A stretch of DNA of 64,000 nucleotides from Halobacteriaceae archaeon (GTDB lineage: Archaea; Halobacteriota; Halobacteria; Halobacteriales; Halobacteriaceae): NCBI GenBank assembly GCA_042216675.1, contig JBDGTS010000016.1, forward strand, positions 1 through 64,000, read 5' to 3'. Under the pieces are notes generated by a model. The model was not told the DNA's origin. It worked only from the letters and a program-made list of their open reading frames with translations, and made no database searches. The translations under genes and the position numbers were made by a program. Of this stretch, positions 20,801 to 27,938 are shown one piece after another (the first letter of the stretch is position 1; every line of letters starts with the position of its first letter).

Positions 20801-22477
20801 GTCTTCGAGAACCTCTCCGCGTCGGAGATCTACGTCGATGACGACACCTACTATGTCGAACTGAACGAGCCGGTGCCGGTCGGCGGCATCGCCTCCGAGA
20901 CGGTTACGGTGAGCGCGACGAGCGCGATCACCGACGCAAACGGCACGGCGGCCAGCACGTCCGAGGTGCAGATCTCCGACGTGATGGCCCCGAGTGCCGC
21001 CGGCGCGACGTCCGAGAACGGCTCGACGACCGTCACGCTCCACTTCAGCGAGGCTGTGTTCAACAGCTCTGGCGGTGCGCTCACTGCTGACGACGTCGCC
21101 TACGTGAACAACAGCGGCACCGACAAAGTGGTCGAGTCCGTCGACCACGCCGCTGGCGACCGCGTGGCGACGGTCACGCTGAACGAGTCGCTCGCACCGT
21201 CCGATCTCAGCAGCGACGCGCTATCGCTGACGATCGAGGACAGCGTCGGAACCGAATCCGAGGTTTCGGCGACCATCCGGGACGTTCCGCGAGTCTCCGA
21301 GTTCGGCGTGTCGAGCGCGACCGGCCAGAACGTCACGGTCAGCTTCCTCTCGGACACGGAACTCTCGACGATCACCGTCGACCTCAGCTCGGAGGGCGAC
21401 CTCTCCGAACTGGACGCGCCGCTCGACGACGGCGTGGTGACGCTGACCGAATCCGACTTCAGCGTCACCGCGGTCGAAGGCGGCTACGAGTACACCGCGA
21501 CCGTATCCGTCCCGCGAGACGGGCGGTACGCGGCGGATCTCAAGTCCGTCCAGAGCATCGGCGGCACGATGCAGACGTACGACGACTACGAGCGCGACTC
21601 GCTCGACACCACGGTCGTCGACACGGGCGCGCCCGAACCGGTCGATGCGGAAATCGTCGACGCCGGATACGACGCGACGGAAATCGCGGTGCAGTTCGAC
21701 GAACCGGTGTTCGATGAGGGCGCACGTCTCATCGTTGACGGCGAGATCATGACCGCCGACTCGGAACGTAGTGGCGCCGGTGAGGTCACGTTCACCGTCG
21801 AGGGCCACGTCGAGACCGCGGACCTGCCGCCGATCTCGACGGCCGGCGTCTACGAGATGGCGAGTGCGGACGACACGTACGAGGTCGACACCTCGGCGAC
21901 GACCGCACTCGACACGCTCGAACTTCACCTCTCGAAGGGATCGAACTTCGTCTCGGTGCCCGTGGAGTACGGGAAACTCGAGATTGCCGGTTCGGCCTTC
22001 GACACGAGCGAACTCCGCAGCATCATGACGTACGACGCCGGTAGTTGGCACAGCTACAACCCTGCCAAGCCCACCAGTGAGCAGGACCTCACTGCGCTCC
22101 GTGGCGGACAGGGGTACATCGTCAACGTCAGCGCGGACGTCACGCTCGACGTGACGGTTCGGAACGCCGAGCCCGGCTCTACTGCGGGCGAGGCGACGCC
22201 GGGTCAGCGCCAGCTCGAGGAAGGCTGGAACCTCGTCGGCCACTGGCAGGAAGGCGCCCAGCCGATCGGGATTGCGCTCGGTACCATCCGCGGTAGCGTC
22301 GACCCCGAACTGACCGACATCTACGGCCAGAAGATGCCCGGTCAGTTCGCCTACGAGTCGGTCGAGACCTTCCAGCCCGGCGAGGCCTACTGGGTCTTCG
22401 TCGAGGACGACGAAGTGTACGCCGCGGCCAACTTCGAGGCGCCGATCTGGTGGGACGAGGAGCCGCGACTCGCCTGA
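14867..22477 (+). CDS. Giant secreted surface glycoprotein/adhesin, 2536 aa, with many Ig-like repeats
   Basis: GGAGG RBS at 14849; haloarchaeal surface-protein signal peptide MTDRSDQLRGLFLAALMVVSVAGGSIAFAGTAAA; recurring D.AGN, VDTT.P and FSE.V Ig-like motifs; S/T/D-rich; no C-terminal TM. Confidence 0.92.
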   Translation: MTDRSDQLRGLFLAALMVVSVAGGSIAFAGTAAAAQEASVADNTSGGYIGPSSSQTVAQTFTISDPASGSGGDGKGVAVDYVTVTNDGTLSASGISSISVWMDGGSAGFQGSGTDTQVGSAKTSTSGLNSGGLIFGSNDGATAVTAPSGQDTDFFVVVQTAGESSLSDGATISTTSSVTVDSDATTSTLSGDGTVSASSPTTVDLAPSITGATITSSSSSGDAQGYTTDETITVDVTYSEAVAVDTSSGIPTLDLGPVSASYASGSGSDTLQFSYTVQSGDSGTISLGDITLNSGTITDNDQQSKAAGLAASSQSLQSAYIDTNSLSVSIGSPSDGADLASHPTISGTASDDNSVSSVEVSIQNSNGNYWDGTSWVNSQTWLTATGTTDWSFDTANAGISSDDTYTVTARATDSAGNTQTSPSVTYTVDTTRPSANIDSPTGSSFVTVQSGGSVTVQYDASDAGSSVSDVTVRITDGNGNTVVEKTGLSGGTDASTTLSIPSPQADGSYNVELVVTDGAGNTDTVTESGAVVVDDVVSGVSVGDSVVQPSATLSVTGTADTAEDVTFRLTDSNGDTATVTKTISSTSYSVSIDLSSLTFSGDGLSDGSVTLAAEQDSGASFSSEASTSFTVDSNSLSVSIGSPSDDALLTSHPTVSGTASDDNSVSSVEVSIQNSNGNYWDGNSWVNSQTWVAASGTTSWSFDTANAGISSDDTYTVTARATDSAGNMQTSSSVTYTVDTTAPTVDSAVTADTNDDGAVETIDVTFSEPIDDSTSTLGASTFGLTSGTIESVDTGASADDAKATITVSGLSSTGVTPDVTLKAGTVKDAAGNSLSSDQAPVTPSDGAEPVITASSATVNDNGDIDVSFTASETLSGGEFSASPAVGTVSVQFSDLTESGTEYTYTHTPSYEGTYSFTLANPTDGSNAATSSVTVSAVKGDVESGNITATPNGKSQQAVHSVNITVAQSVDAQTYEIVYSNTDISDVDNDDIRALGIDANGDGDVTDAGDTNFLDSGSPASGLNQVSGGSNGHVLTLDTSSSAQVEAGETIYIEYGNVTNPSSSGPRDVTIRVNPSTPAVEFARPLSIGADVPSVTQVTLDGTPVTNGPLGPSANGTDVPVVIEFSEAMDTSVAPSATLTVAGQEVALNNGTFFDGATAWKADADVSVENAEVDASVSVTDAVDADDGNHLASDYDETVEIDTAPLGIKSANTVAGADSAHDATTDTHAVEVTFNDSVSATSLATSDFALSTGSVHSLTGDTDGDETVTLVLSSDVAPDATPTVSIAAEQTVTDDAGNANATGASVTATDAVAPDATVKTEVSGDQVTVYVDADEALASDTIEVNLTLTEKQTVVATVSGFTAVSGDSSNYTATATVADGYYTAKLVAAEDANGNAVPDTPTASALVDTSAPTFSLAQPSADLVASVTKDKIKVDIADATGVDASTVYATVSDSEGTAIERTRAAAVDTDAVSFAEGTLTIDVSGVDLADGTVDVAVEAADAAGRSNSTTLSFELDSSAASGLTIKAPTESLNLTSSDTLDVAYNYSDTNPQDVTVKLVDGGTTYTYAVNDSQYADDGARKSLTIDLDALSDGELIGPNLADGTYKVVVEVTDSADNLVTAETAALVTVDDTAPAVENWNVVDTSDAQTNVSVDVSDATSGVDASSIALTVDDADSTTTYTLSDAGLQYEDGTLTFVPAEAGVSFADGDVTFDVAVEDNSGNHNSAETTVTINDAAPTIDRVEAEAGENVVTVHFSEDVTAADGTISADDFAYTDVSGDGAVEITSVTPVDLGADSYTNKVELTLDAPVATSDLGADEVNARQAALVDREKKNVKSTDAATVALTDTSDPAAPAVSAGTITADAAGSYTVELTFENPASVSTVDVAVTDGSTTVSEAGVTVDQSTETVTLDVTSLSDGQVDVTVTAHDAGVERSTQTTVEDVTKDTQRPTLTVTGNAGSSWLELQFSEPVSGAGDLGNYVFENLSASEIYVDDDTYYVELNEPVPVGGIASETVTVSATSAITDANGTAASTSEVQISDVMAPSAAGATSENGSTTVTLHFSEAVFNSSGGALTADDVAYVNNSGTDKVVESVDHAAGDRVATVTLNESLAPSDLSSDALSLTIEDSVGTESEVSATIRDVPRVSEFGVSSATGQNVTVSFLSDTELSTITVDLSSEGDLSELDAPLDDGVVTLTESDFSVTAVEGGYEYTATVSVPRDGRYAADLKSVQSIGGTMQTYDDYERDSLDTTVVDTGAPEPVDAEIVDAGYDATEIAVQFDEPVFDEGARLIVDGEIMTADSERSGAGEVTFTVEGHVETADLPPISTAGVYEMASADDTYEVDTSATTALDTLELHLSKGSNFVSVPVEYGKLEIAGSAFDTSELRSIMTYDAGSWHSYNPAKPTSEQDLTALRGGQGYIVNVSADVTLDVTVRNAEPGSTAGEATPGQRQLEEGWNLVGHWQEGAQPIGIALGTIRGSVDPELTDIYGQKMPGQFAYESVETFQPGEAYWVFVEDDEVYAAANFEAPIWWDEEPRLA
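15836..17089 (+). repeat. Intragenic direct repeat of about 324 bp (15836-16159 and 16766-17089)
   Basis: Near-identical copies 930 bp apart encoding NSLSVSIGSPSD...YWDG.SWVNSQTW...VTYTVDTT. Confidence 0.9.
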
Positions 22478-22527
22478 CGGCCGACCGCACCCATCCGACT
22501 CCAATTTATCGGAGGTAATCCAACACG

Positions 22528-23391
22528 ATGACAACTAACTCGATACGAAACACGGATGCGCTGCGGGTGCTGGCGGTCGTCGCCGTCGTGGCGATGACTG
22601 TCACCAGCTTCGCGGCCGTCGGAATAGCCGTCCCAGCGCCGCCACACGAGGTCTTCGGGACGGTCAGCGACCAGAACGGCGACCCCGTCTCGGGCCTCAC
22701 GGTGTCCATCACCGACGGCGACGGAAACACGGTCTCGACGACGACCGACTCGAACGGGTACTACGAGCTGAAGTTCCCGGCTGAGCACGGCGAGACGGGC
22801 GAGACCCTCACCGTCTCCGTCAAGGACCAGACTTGGACGACGACGTTCTCCTCGGACTCGTCCGAGAGACACGACTTCCAAGTCGAGTCCGAGCCCACGC
22901 CGACCCCCACCCCGACCGCCACCACGACGAGCAGCGGTGGCGGCGGTGACACCGGCGGTGGCGGCGATACCGGCGGCGACACCGGTGGCGATGGAGACAC
23001 CGGTGGCGGTGGAGACACCGGTGGCGGTGGAGACACCGGCGGTGGCGGCGACACCGGTGGCGGCACGGGCGGGAGCGACACCGTCACGGCGACGCAGACT
23101 GCCACCGCGACGCAGACGGCGACCGCCACGGTGACGGCCACGCAGACTGCGACGGCCACGGCCACCGAGACGGCCACCGCCACTGCAACGCAGACGGCCA
23201 CCGAGACGGCCACCGCCACTGCAACGCAGACCGCCGCGACGCCGACCGAAGACGCACAGACCGACGAACGCACCCCGTCCGCTACCACGACGAGTGACGG
23301 TGGCGGCTCCGGCGGCGTGCCCGGGTTCACTGCGGTGACCGCGCTGGTCGCCGCCATCGCGGCCGCCCTGCTCGCGTTCCGCAGGGAGTAA
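22528..23391 (+). CDS. PGF-CTERM-anchored surface protein: small beta-sandwich domain plus Gly/Asp- and Thr-rich stalk
   Basis: GGAGGT RBS, signal peptide, PPHEVFGTV..TTDSNGYY domain, (GGGGDT)n and (TATATQ)n linker, VPGFTAVTALVAAIAAALLAFRRE (archaeosortase ArtA substrate). Confidence 0.93.
   Translation: MTTNSIRNTDALRVLAVVAVVAMTVTSFAAVGIAVPAPPHEVFGTVSDQNGDPVSGLTVSITDGDGNTVSTTTDSNGYYELKFPAEHGETGETLTVSVKDQTWTTTFSSDSSERHDFQVESEPTPTPTPTATTTSSGGGGDTGGGGDTGGDTGGDGDTGGGGDTGGGGDTGGGGDTGGGTGGSDTVTATQTATATQTATATVTATQTATATATETATATATQTATETATATATQTAATPTEDAQTDERTPSATTTSDGGGSGGVPGFTAVTALVAAIAAALLAFRRE
22933..23231 (+). repeat. Coding tandem repeats (18-bp GGGGDT units; 36-bp perfect tandem 23158-23229)
   Basis: ggtggcggtggagacacc units; acggccaccgagacggccaccgccactgcaacgcag x2. 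Confidence 0.85.
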
Positions 23392-23407
23392 CCCGACGCG
23401 CCCCGGA

Positions 23408-23424
23408 TTCCATTCTCTTTTTTC
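23408..23424 (+). terminator. Archaeal T-rich terminator after the surface-protein pair
   Basis: ttccattctcttttttc just downstream of the stop at 23391. Confidence 0.55.
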
Positions 23425-23495
23425 CGCGCCCGGAGCCACGCGTCTCCCCTGCCGCGGGGCGAACGTTCAAGCCCACCACCGGCCACGGGACGGGT

Positions 23496-26042
23496 ATGCC
23501 CGACGCCGTTGCCCTCGATTGGCTCGACGACCCGCCGCCCGCGGAGACGGGCGTCCGCTGGGGCGTCCCGTGGCCCCGCGGCGCCTGTGACCGCGACCAA
23601 TCGTTCGCGCTCGTCGCCGACGACGCGGAGATTTCCGTCCAGACGTGGCCGACCGCGTTCTGGCCCGACGGGAGCGTGAAGTGGACCGGCCACGCGGCCG
23701 TCCTCGGCCCGGACGCGCCGACGGACCCGGACCTCGTCCCGGTCGCAGACGACCCGGAGGCCGGGCTGAGCGTCGACACCGACGACGCCGGCGCCGTCAC
23801 GGTCGAGACGGGAACGCTGACGGCGACGCTCGGTGGCGACGCCGTCGTGGACCACATCGCGACGGACGAGGGGACAGTCGCCCGGAACGGGCGCCTCGTC
23901 TGCCGGCGCGAGGAGCGAACTGAGGACGACGGCGCGACCGTCCGCCGCGAGGAGCCTTTCGAGAGCGTCGTCGACGACGTGACCGTGGAGCGCTCCGGTC
24001 CGATTCGCGCCGTCGTCGCCGTCGAGGGGCGCCACGCGGCGGTTGCCGGCGACCGGTCGTGGCTCCCGTTCACGGTCCGCTTCGCGTTCTACGCGGGGTC
24101 GCCGGCCGTCCGGGTGACGCACACCGTCACGTACGACGGCGACCCCGAGACGGACTTCGTGGGCGGCCTCGGCCTCGCGTTCGACGTGCCCCTCTCCGGA
24201 CCGGCCCACCACCGGCACGTCCGCTTCGCGGGCGACGAGGGCCTGTTCCGCGAACCCGCGCGCCTGCTCCCGCCGAAGACCGACGACGAGGTGTACGAGC
24301 GACACCTCGCCGGTGACCCGGTCCACGCCCCCGAATCCATCTCGGGGATGACGCCGTGGGACGACTTCGAACTCGTGCAGGACTCGGCCGACCACTACCG
24401 GATTCGGAAGCGCGTGAGCGAGGACCACGCGTGGGTCGACGCCGCACACGGCCGGCGCGCGGCGGGACTGGGCTTCGCGGGCGACGCCGACGGCGGCCTC
24501 TCGGTGGCGATGCGCAACTGCTGGGAGACGTATCCCTCCTCGCTCGCCGTCTCGGGGCTCACCGACGACGCGGCGACGCTGACGGCGTGGTTCTGGTCGC
24601 CCGCCGCCGAGGCGATGGACCTCCGCCTCTACGACGACGAACGCGAGGATGCGAGCGGTCCGGCCTACGGCGGCGTCAGTGAGGGGACGAGCACCGCCGT
24701 CGGCATCGCGAAGACGAGCGAGTGCACGCTCTCCGTCGCGGACGGGGTGCCCGGGGCCGACGCGCTCTGGGACCGCGCGGCGGACGCCCGCGACCCAGCG
24801 ATGCTCGTGCCGACGCCCGAGTATCTCCACGACGTGAACGCCTTCGGTCGGTGGAGTCTCCCCGACCGCTCGGACCCGGACCGGGCGTGGCTGGAGGACC
24901 AACTGACCGCCGCCGTCGAGTTCTACCGCGACGAAGTCGAGCAACGCCGCTGGTACGGCTTCTGGGACTACGGGGACGTGATGCACTCCTACGACGAGTC
25001 CCGCCACCAGTGGCGCTACGACACCGGCGGCTACGCGTGGCAGAACACCGAGCAGGTGCCGACGATGTGGCTCTGGTACACGTTCCTCCGGACCGGGCGC
25101 GCCGACGTGTTTCGGCTGGCCGAGGCGATGACCCGCCACACGAGCGAGGTGGACGTGTACCACGAGGGGCCGATGCAGGGCCTCGGAACGCGACACAACG
25201 TCCAGCACTGGGGCGGTGGCTGCGTCGAACCGCGCACCGCGACGACGGCCCACCACCGCGTCTACTACTACCTCACCGGCGGCGACGAGCGACTGGGCGC
25301 GGTGTTCGAGGAGGTGCGCGACGCCGATTACGCCACCCTCGACGTGGACCCGATGCGGAACCACACCGACCCGGACGACCACCCCACTCACGCCCGGGCG
25401 GCGCCGGACTGGCTCTCCTACTCGGCGAACTGGTTCACCCGCTGGGAGCGCTTCGAGGACGAGTCCTACCGCGACAAACTGCTGACCGGCATCGAGGACC
25501 TCGCCGACATGCCGTATCGCCTGCTCTCGGGGTCGAACTTCGGCTACGACCCGGCGACGGGCGAACTTCATCACATCGGCGAGAACACCTACGGCTTCGC
25601 GTTCCTGCACTGCATGGGCGGCCCGCAGTTCTGGCCGGAACTGCTCGACTCGCTTCCGGAGGGGACACGGGAGACGTTCGCGGAGATGCTGGCGGACGTG
25701 GGGCGGGCGTATCTCGACCCCGAGGCCCGCGCGGAAATCGCGCCGGAGGTGGCCGAGCGCAACTTCGAGAAACTGCCGATGTACGCGACGAACCTCGCGG
25801 CGTTCGCGGCCGAGCGACGCGACGACCCGGCCCTCGCGGCGCGCGCGTGGGACCTGCTGCTCCACGACGAGGACGAGCGGAAAGTGCCCCTGCCGATGGC
25901 CCGCGAGACGGCCGACGAGTACGTCCGCCCCGTCGAGGAACTGCCGGGCGTGAAGACGAACACCGTCTGCATCTGGAGTCTCAACGTCGTCGCGGCCCTC
26001 GACTACGTCGGCGACCACCTGCCGGAGACGCCCCGCGAGTGA
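23496..26042 (+). CDS. Exo-rhamnogalacturonan lyase family protein (PcRGLX/YetA-like, PL26)
   Basis: WGVPWPRG, AFWPDGSVKWTGHA, RRWYGFWDYGDVMHSYD..RHQWRYDTGGYAWQNTE, AMTRHTSEVD, GLGTRHNVQHWG; no signal peptide. Confidence 0.85.
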   Translation: MPDAVALDWLDDPPPAETGVRWGVPWPRGACDRDQSFALVADDAEISVQTWPTAFWPDGSVKWTGHAAVLGPDAPTDPDLVPVADDPEAGLSVDTDDAGAVTVETGTLTATLGGDAVVDHIATDEGTVARNGRLVCRREERTEDDGATVRREEPFESVVDDVTVERSGPIRAVVAVEGRHAAVAGDRSWLPFTVRFAFYAGSPAVRVTHTVTYDGDPETDFVGGLGLAFDVPLSGPAHHRHVRFAGDEGLFREPARLLPPKTDDEVYERHLAGDPVHAPESISGMTPWDDFELVQDSADHYRIRKRVSEDHAWVDAAHGRRAAGLGFAGDADGGLSVAMRNCWETYPSSLAVSGLTDDAATLTAWFWSPAAEAMDLRLYDDEREDASGPAYGGVSEGTSTAVGIAKTSECTLSVADGVPGADALWDRAADARDPAMLVPTPEYLHDVNAFGRWSLPDRSDPDRAWLEDQLTAAVEFYRDEVEQRRWYGFWDYGDVMHSYDESRHQWRYDTGGYAWQNTEQVPTMWLWYTFLRTGRADVFRLAEAMTRHTSEVDVYHEGPMQGLGTRHNVQHWGGGCVEPRTATTAHHRVYYYLTGGDERLGAVFEEVRDADYATLDVDPMRNHTDPDDHPTHARAAPDWLSYSANWFTRWERFEDESYRDKLLTGIEDLADMPYRLLSGSNFGYDPATGELHHIGENTYGFAFLHCMGGPQFWPELLDSLPEGTRETFAEMLADVGRAYLDPEARAEIAPEVAERNFEKLPMYATNLAAFAAERRDDPALAARAWDLLLHDEDERKVPLPMARETADEYVRPVEELPGVKTNTVCIWSLNVVAALDYVGDHLPETPRE

Positions 26043-26076
26043 CAGTCTCAAGAGCGTGGAGCGCCTACGCCCGGCC

Positions 26077-26445
26077 ATGACAGAGGACGTGCGCGACGCC
26101 GTCGCGGACCTGTTCGCGGCCCACGAGGAGAGCGGCTTCGTCGAGTCTGCGTGGGTCGCCGACGACGTGAACTTCTGTGTCGGCCCCGCCGGCGGGTCGG
26201 ACGTGGCCGTCGACGTGGAGGTGGCGCACACCCGCGACGACGTGGACCTGCAGGCTATCGCCGACGACGAACCGGCGCTGGAATCGCTCGACGGCGACGT
26301 GGGCGCCGTCGGGCGCGCCATCCTCGCGGCCGTGGACAAGCGGGCGACTCACCCCGTAGACTCGCTCCCGTTCGCCATCGTCGTGGACAACGAGGTGGGC
26401 GTGCGCTGTGCCTCCTTCCGGACGACGGCGACGCTGACGGAGTGA
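26077..26445 (+). CDS. Hypothetical acidic protein
   Basis: 122-aa ORF with host-like codon usage; stop overlaps the next gene. Confidence 0.65.
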   Translation: MTEDVRDAVADLFAAHEESGFVESAWVADDVNFCVGPAGGSDVAVDVEVAHTRDDVDLQAIADDEPALESLDGDVGAVGRAILAAVDKRATHPVDSLPFAIVVDNEVGVRCASFRTTATLTE

Positions 26446-26753
26446 CTCGCCGCTGGGTGGCCGTGGGGGCCGTCCTCGTCGCGATTCTGCTGGCCTCCCT
26501 CGTCCCGACTGGGGGCGGGGGTGGAGGCCTGCCGCTCGCGACGCTCGGGCACCTGCTCGGCTACGCGGCGCTGACGGCCGCGCTCGCGGCGGCGCTCGAC
26601 CGACCGCTCGTCGTCGCGGTCGCCGCCGCCGTCCTCGCCGGCGCGGGCGTCGAGGTGATTCAGCCGACGGTGGGACGCGACGCGTCGCTGGCCGACGCGC
26701 TGACGAACGCCGTCGGGGCCGCGGCGGCGTGGCTGGCCCTGCGCGCCCGGTAG
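26442..26753 (+). CDS. VanZ-like small membrane protein
   Basis: GHLLGYAAL, GVEVIQPTVGRDASLADALTNAVG; GTGA overlap with the upstream stop. Confidence 0.8.
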   Translation: MTRRWVAVGAVLVAILLASLVPTGGGGGGLPLATLGHLLGYAALTAALAAALDRPLVVAVAAAVLAGAGVEVIQPTVGRDASLADALTNAVGAAAAWLALRAR

Positions 26754-26790
26754 CGGCACCGTTTTCCCCGTCGAACCGCTCTCTCCGGTA

Positions 26791-27891
26791 ATGAGTCAGG
26801 GAGAGCCGAGCCCCGACGTGTACGAGAGCGGGCGCGGCATGGACGCACACAATCAGGTGATGCGCCGGGCCCGGTCCCGCAACGACGCGAGCTACGACCC
26901 CGAGGAGCCGACGCGGGTGTGGGTCGACGAGGACAACACGCCCGACGGCGTGCGGGAGTCGCTCACCATCATCCTCAACACCGGCGGCTGTCGCTGGGCG
27001 CGCGCCGGTGGCTGCACGATGTGTGGCTACGTCGCCGAGTCCGTCGAGGGCGGCTCCGTCGCCCACGAGGACCTCGTGGCGCAGGTGGACGCCGCCCTCG
27101 ACCACGAGGCAGAACACGCCGAGCGACCCGCGCCGCTCATCAAAATCTACACCTCCGGCTCGTTCCTCGACGAGCGAGAGGTGGGCGCCGAGACGCGCGA
27201 CTACGTCGCCGAGACGTTCGCGGACCGGGAGCGCGTCGTCGTCGAGAGTCTGCCGGACTTCGTCTCTCGCGAGAAACTGGCGGACTTCACCGACCGGGGC
27301 GTCGCCGCCGACGTGGCCGTGGGCCTCGAAACGGCCACCGACCGGGTGCGCCACGACTGCGTCAACAAGTACTTCGACTTCGCCGACTTCGAGGCGGCTT
27401 GCGAGGAAGTCGCCGCCCTCGACGCCGACGCGGACGCCGACGCCGGCGTGAAAGCGTATCTCCTCATGAAACCCCCGTTCCTCTCGGAGGGCGAGGCCGT
27501 CGAAGACATGAAACGCTCCGTGCGGCGCTGTGCCGACGTCGAGGCCTGTCACACAGTCTCGATGAACCCCTGCAACGTGCAGGCGTACACGATGGTCGAG
27601 GACCTCCACCGCGCCGGGGGCTACCGCCCGCCGTGGCTCTGGAGCGTGGCCGAGGTGCTGGCCGAGACGGCCGACGCGGACGCCCTCGTCGTCTCCGACC
27701 CCGTCGGCCACGGCTCCGACCGCGGCCCGCACAACTGCGGGGACTGCGACGACGCCGTGCAGAACGCCATCAAGGACTTCGACCTGCGACAGGACCCCTC
27801 GGTGTTCGACGAGGTCACCTGCGACTGCGAGGCGACGTGGGGCGCCGTCGTCGACCGGGAACGCGCGTACAACCTGCCGCTCGCCCGGTGA
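26791..27891 (+). CDS. raSEA: Archaeosine biosynthesis radical SAM protein RaSEA
   Basis: ILNTGGCRWARAGGCTMCGY (CX7CX2C variant), KIYTSGSFLD, YLLMKPPFL, YRPPWLWS, RGPHNCG.CD. Confidence 0.9.
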   Translation: MSQGEPSPDVYESGRGMDAHNQVMRRARSRNDASYDPEEPTRVWVDEDNTPDGVRESLTIILNTGGCRWARAGGCTMCGYVAESVEGGSVAHEDLVAQVDAALDHEAEHAERPAPLIKIYTSGSFLDEREVGAETRDYVAETFADRERVVVESLPDFVSREKLADFTDRGVAADVAVGLETATDRVRHDCVNKYFDFADFEAACEEVAALDADADADAGVKAYLLMKPPFLSEGEAVEDMKRSVRRCADVEACHTVSMNPCNVQAYTMVEDLHRAGGYRPPWLWSVAEVLAETADADALVVSDPVGHGSDRGPHNCGDCDDAVQNAIKDFDLRQDPSVFDEVTCDCEATWGAVVDRERAYNLPLAR

Positions 27892-27938
27892 GCCGGTGGG
27901 CTTTTTGCATCTCCAATAAAAAATCGTGATGAATACCC

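Noticed and set aside
22933-23231. Regular repeats as a possible CRISPR array
   Set aside because: No unique spacers; units are in-frame codon repeats inside a PGF-CTERM gene; no cas genes.
22761-26339. 1192-aa minus-strand ORF, and similar long antisense ORFs (841..2886, 16499..18631, 36203..38437, 53856..56603, 56643..58517)
   Set aside because: Shadow frames of real genes in high-GC DNA; rich in R/V/G/H, without family motifs or haloarchaeal acidity.
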